From a virus (Duplodnaviria > Caudoviricetes), in the IMG/VR virus record IMGVR_UViG_3300020034_000023, positions 1-52,217 of that record: a DNA stretch of 52,217 nucleotides; one strand, written 5' to 3'. The position numbers and the translations under genes are program-made. Of this stretch, positions 48,475 to 52,217 are shown piece after piece (within the stretch, counting starts at the first letter, position 1; each line of letters begins with the position of its first letter). Under the pieces are notes generated by a model. The model was not told the DNA's origin. It searched no databases and was given only the letters and a program-made list of their open reading frames with translations.

Positions 48475-49134
48475 TCAGTTCACCGTTCCTTTCCCATCAT
48501 CCGGGTCATCGTCATCGTCGTCTTCATCCTCGTCGTCATCTTCGTCTTCGTCGTCGGGGTCTTCATCGGATTCGGCAGTCGGCACGTAGTGCTGAGCCTT
48601 CGCCTTGTGCAGCTCCGTCAGGTCGGGGAAGGTGAGCACGAGCTTCACCTGATCCGGGTCGAGCGTCGCGAAGAGCGAGCGCAGCAGTCCGGGCAGATCC
48701 GTCACGTCGATCTGGAACCCATCGAGGTTCGCCTGCTCGGTGATCCAGCTGGCAAAGGCGGACCACAGGTCGGCCTTGTCGGCGAAGGACAGAAACTCCG
48801 TGGACCGGGGTGCGGGCGCGAAGACCGGCACGGCGATCTTGTCCAGCCGGAAGCCGGTGAACATCTTGTCGGGGTCCGGCACCCCACGAGTGTTCAGCTG
48901 CGTCTTGCCGTCGAGTGTCTCCAGATACTGGGCTCGTTCCCGCTTGCGGAAGTGGGTGAAGTCCGAATACTGGCCCGAGCTGGAATGCGCGACGAAGCGC
49001 ACGATGATCGCACCGATCCCGGTGTGATGGGTCTGATAGTCAAGCCCAATCCCGAGGTGTTCGGTGCCGCGTGACGCGACGTCGATGTAATGGTTGCTGG
49101 AACCGCGATAACGAAGCACTGATTCAGTCGGCAT
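48475..49134 (-). CDS. Hypothetical protein with poly-Asp/Glu tail
   Basis: Start at MPTESV after the CAATGGAG SD. Confidence 0.7.
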   Translation of the reverse strand: MPTESVLRYRGSSNHYIDVASRGTEHLGIGLDYQTHHTGIGAIIVRFVAHSSSGQYSDFTHFRKRERAQYLETLDGKTQLNTRGVPDPDKMFTGFRLDKIAVPVFAPAPRSTEFLSFADKADLWSAFASWITEQANLDGFQIDVTDLPGLLRSLFATLDPDQVKLVLTFPDLTELHKAKAQHYVPTAESDEDPDDEDEDDDEDEDDDDDDPDDGKGTVN

Positions 49135-49184
49135 GTCACACACTCCATTGTGGGAAAATTGAGGGTTTCTCGCGACCCGGAGAT

Positions 49185-49237
49185 AGAATAACACCTACAT
49201 TGGCGTTTGTCAAGTAAGCAATTTGCAATTGAGTGCC
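49185..49237 (-). promoter_or_regulatory. Promoter with TGCA-box 10 bp upstream of -35
   Basis: TTGACA-17-TATTCT; box TGCAATTGAGTGCC at 49224-49237. Confidence 0.75.
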
Positions 49238-49471
49238 AACCCATCCGTTCTAGTTACGACTCTTTGGGTGGCTGCAAGTGGGCCAACTCATCAAGGCTGA
49301 TGAAGCCTGCCGCCGTCCACCGCGCGTACCGCAATTCTTTCAGCTCAGGCACGATGGCGACGGCACAGTGAGCAAATTCCGGCACACACTGCGAAAGGGC
49401 CAATTCCTCAGTATCCGCTTCGATATTGCGAAACATCAAGGAATCGTTGACCGCTGCAATCACAGTGTACT

Positions 49472-50668
49472 TCATGCCTTCTCCTTCTCCAGCCAGTTGT
49501 TGGCTTTGATGGTCTCGTAGACCAACACCCGCACTTCGGCGTGAGAAAACGTCACCTTGGTCGTGCCACTCAGCACCGCCCCCAGCACATGGTTCCGCTT
49601 CTCAGTCGGGGCTTTGCCGAGCACGGACTGATACGTCTTCCGGGCGAACGCGTGCGCCGCCGACGTCTGCAACTTCTCGAAGGTCATCACCTTGTCGATG
49701 CGGAGCGCCCGATACAGCTCCTTCGGCAGGGCGTCGATGTCGTTGGTCGTCATGACGGTCAGCACCTGTGCCTTGTGGTACTGGAGCCACCACAGGGTCT
49801 GACTGAGAATACGACGGGCCGTCCCTTCGTCGCCCCCCGAGCCGCCAAACTGCTTTTCCGCTTCGTCCAGTAACAGGACGCATGGAGCATTCAGCTCGAT
49901 CTGCTGGAGGTTTCGGGCCACCCGGCCTTCACTCTCCCCCAGCCAGCGGTTCAGGCTGGTGCCGATGTCCAGTCGGAACAGGGGCACATCCCAATGCTTC
50001 GCCAGCGCCATGGACGCCATGCTCTTGCCCACCCCCGGATCACCCTTCAGCAAGAGCCCACGGGGCACCAGCTGCGGCGGCGTCTTCGGGTTCAGGAAGT
50101 ATTTGTCGTTCAAATACAGCCATTCCTTCAGCGGCTTCGGCATGTCGTAGAAGTCAAAGTCGGTCGAGAGCGGTTCGAGCCCCGGATGTGCCCCGCCCAT
50201 CAGCTGCCGGGTCTTCCGCACATCTTGGGGCAGAATCGAGCCGGTGCGGGCCATGGTCAGCTGCACCGCTTCGGCGGCGGTTTTGAGCGAGAGCCCACGC
50301 AGCACCTGCACGAGCGGCTGAATCAAATCCTCTGACTGGATGAACTGCTTCAGGTAGCCGATGAAGAAACTGTCCGGCACCACGAGCACGCCCGTGTCAT
50401 ACACGAGCATGGAGGGCTTCTCGGGGTTGATGATGACGCAACTCCCCCCGGTAATCTTCAGCTTTTTGTAGGCATCATCCGTCACGAGGGCCAGATCGTT
50501 GGCCCACCACAAGCAAATGTCTGGCAGGGGATGGGAAGCTCCAGACGGCAGTGGACGCACCTCTTTTCCAGCAATCCGCGCCAACACGTCTTTGACGTGG
50601 ACGGGATCATCCGTATGAATCCCAATGAAGGGCAGGCGTGCTTTCAACGCGGTCTGGAAGTCAATCAC
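49472..50668 (-). CDS. Ycf46/SpoVK-like AAA+ ATPase
   Basis: RGLLL.GDPGVGKS, W.GESE, PCVLLLDE.EK, TTN...LP.EL.R..R.D. Confidence 0.88.
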   Translation of the reverse strand: MIDFQTALKARLPFIGIHTDDPVHVKDVLARIAGKEVRPLPSGASHPLPDICLWWANDLALVTDDAYKKLKITGGSCVIINPEKPSMLVYDTGVLVVPDSFFIGYLKQFIQSEDLIQPLVQVLRGLSLKTAAEAVQLTMARTGSILPQDVRKTRQLMGGAHPGLEPLSTDFDFYDMPKPLKEWLYLNDKYFLNPKTPPQLVPRGLLLKGDPGVGKSMASMALAKHWDVPLFRLDIGTSLNRWLGESEGRVARNLQQIELNAPCVLLLDEAEKQFGGSGGDEGTARRILSQTLWWLQYHKAQVLTVMTTNDIDALPKELYRALRIDKVMTFEKLQTSAAHAFARKTYQSVLGKAPTEKRNHVLGAVLSGTTKVTFSHAEVRVLVYETIKANNWLEKEKA

Positions 50669-51419
50669 GGAAGCTCAATCACATAATCGTTAATGGTTTC
50701 ATGGTCCGGGTCGTAGCCGTCACGTCCGTGCGGATGACGCGCCTTCAGGCCCGGATGGGGCGGATGTTCATCCGACCATGTGCCGCCGACACCGTAGGCT
50801 TCATCCTCGTTGGCCGCATTCACGAGGGTATGGCGGAAGCGGATTGATCCCGGCCCGCTTGCCTCCGAGATGATAATCGCCTGCACATAGATGAATTTTG
50901 GCATTAGGTATCATCCTTTCCATGGTCTTCCGCCCACCACGCCCGCTTCCGAAGTTCCCGGTGCATGGCGGTCTTCAGCGTGGGGAGCCGCTTATGTTTC
51001 ACCCCCGGTAGCAACGGTGTCTCATACCGGCCATCAGAGGTGGGGGTGATCTTCCACCCTTGGACTTCCATCTCTTCGTCCATAATCCACCACGCGCCCC
51101 GCATGCGCTAAGATCCGCCCGCTGAGAGACTCCATCCACAGGCAAATCTGGACCAGCGCATTCCCGTAGGCGTAAATGAATCGCTTTTTGAAGTGCATCA
51201 TCAGAAGGTCACGTCGATGCCGACCGCCAAGGGGTGGGCCGTTAATGCAAAGTCTTCGGCCGACTTCTTGCTGTCCGCCCAGACGGTAACCGAGTGACGT
51301 GCGTGATTTCCGGCTGCGATCACGGTGACCACCCATGCGGTCAACCCGTGCTGGCTGTAGTCGTTTCTGACTGCGGATCTCATAAGGCTCACTCCATTGA
51401 GGAAAATCGACGTGAAGGC

Positions 51420-51448
51420 AGTGTAGCACTAAGCCTGTGGTTTGTCAA
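51420..51448 (-). promoter_or_regulatory. sigma70-type promoter
   Basis: TTGACA-17-TACACT. Confidence 0.8.
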
Positions 51449-51664
51449 GATGTAGCGGCGAAGGCAGCTTGTCCAAATCGTCCTGCACCCGATGCGCCAT
51501 GTCCACAAAAATGAGTTGCTTCCACAAGGGCCAGTTCCAGTAGTCCGCCAACCATTGACAGAGGTCTCCTCGCTCCAGCACGCCGTAGGCATACCATTGC
51601 CGCGCGCACCGCTGCCAGTCCTTGCCACGGGATGCAAACACAGGGACTCCTTGGGAAAGGGCGT

Positions 51665-51708
51665 AGTATGACCGATGGTCAGGAGTTTGTCAAGTGCAAC
51701 TGATTGCA
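51665..51708 (-). promoter_or_regulatory. Promoter with TGCA-box 1 bp upstream of -35
   Basis: TTGACA-17-CATACT; box at 51695-51708. Confidence 0.8.
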
Positions 51709-51712
51709 CCAC

Positions 51713-52217
51713 TCAGCAAACGCTGAGCGCCTTCTCCCAGTTTCGCGACACCGCCTTCAGCTGTCGGCGACCCGCCTCTTGCCGCTTCAGTCCCTCCTCC
51801 ATCTTCACCGGGTCCATGTATTTGCCCACCCACCGGTTCACCAGCCGCACGAGCACGGCCGGTTCGAGGGCGTCCAGCTCCCACGAGCTGTCGCCATACC
51901 GAGCCTGATACGCCTTGAACCGGGAGTCCGTCACCTTCACCGGGTTCGGGGGCGGATGGTAGCGTTCGATCTGCTTCATCGTCAGAGCGATGCGCTTGAC
52001 CTTGACGATAGGGTCACCGGGGAAGTCCTTCTCGGTGAACAACTTCAGCCGATCTTTGATATCGCGGGTCATGTCGATGCCACTTGGGTCGTGGTCCCCC
52101 ATGTGCAGGATGATGGTGCCTTGGCCCTGCGTCTGAGCACGCTGCACAATCCGCTGGGATGCCACCCACATCTCGGACTGGGAGGTGTAGCCCCGGCATG
52201 AGAAATAGGGCACATCG
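51713..52217 (-). CDS. Topo VI-A/Spo11-like TOPRIM domain protein (3' part)
   Basis: RGY.S, GDHDPSG.D, RIAL, WELDAL motifs. Confidence 0.7.
   Translation of the reverse strand, partial: DVPYFSCRGYTSQSEMWVASQRIVQRAQTQGQGTIILHMGDHDPSGIDMTRDIKDRLKLFTEKDFPGDPIVKVKRIALTMKQIERYHPPPNPVKVTDSRFKAYQARYGDSSWELDALEPAVLVRLVNRWVGKYMDPVKMEEGLKRQEAGRRQLKAVSRNWEKALSVC

Noticed and set aside
48498-48570. TCG/TCA trinucleotide-like repeat
   Set aside because: Simply encodes the poly-Asp/Glu tail

Overview
52-kb slice of a GC-rich (~60%) tailed dsDNA phage or prophage genome, with almost every gene on the minus strand. Read in the direction of transcription (right to left), it holds: a TOPRIM-like gene and a Ycf46-like AAA ATPase; a replication/recombination module (initiator with internal iterons, DnaC-like loader, DnaB, tRNA-Asn, primase, SSB, SF2 helicase, RecA, two resolvases, Cas4-like nuclease); a secreted beta-helix protein; a non-coding-RNA-rich island ahead of an Acb2/Tad1-like, methylase, DUF1937 and HAD cluster; terminase small and large subunits; about 19 kb of small early-type genes (ATP ligase, SLOG, RapZ-C, an aberrant tRNA); and a ParB-like protein. 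The main non-coding signals are (i) 17 copies of a 14-bp box TGCAAYTGAKTGCA spaced unusually evenly (~3.1 kb), often helically phased against (ii) 20 near-consensus TTGACA-N16-18-TAnnnT promoters, (iii) several structured RNA candidates that share motifs, and (iv) one inverted promoter pair driving the only plus-strand micro-operon. All protein calls come from motif recognition by eye; no searches were run.
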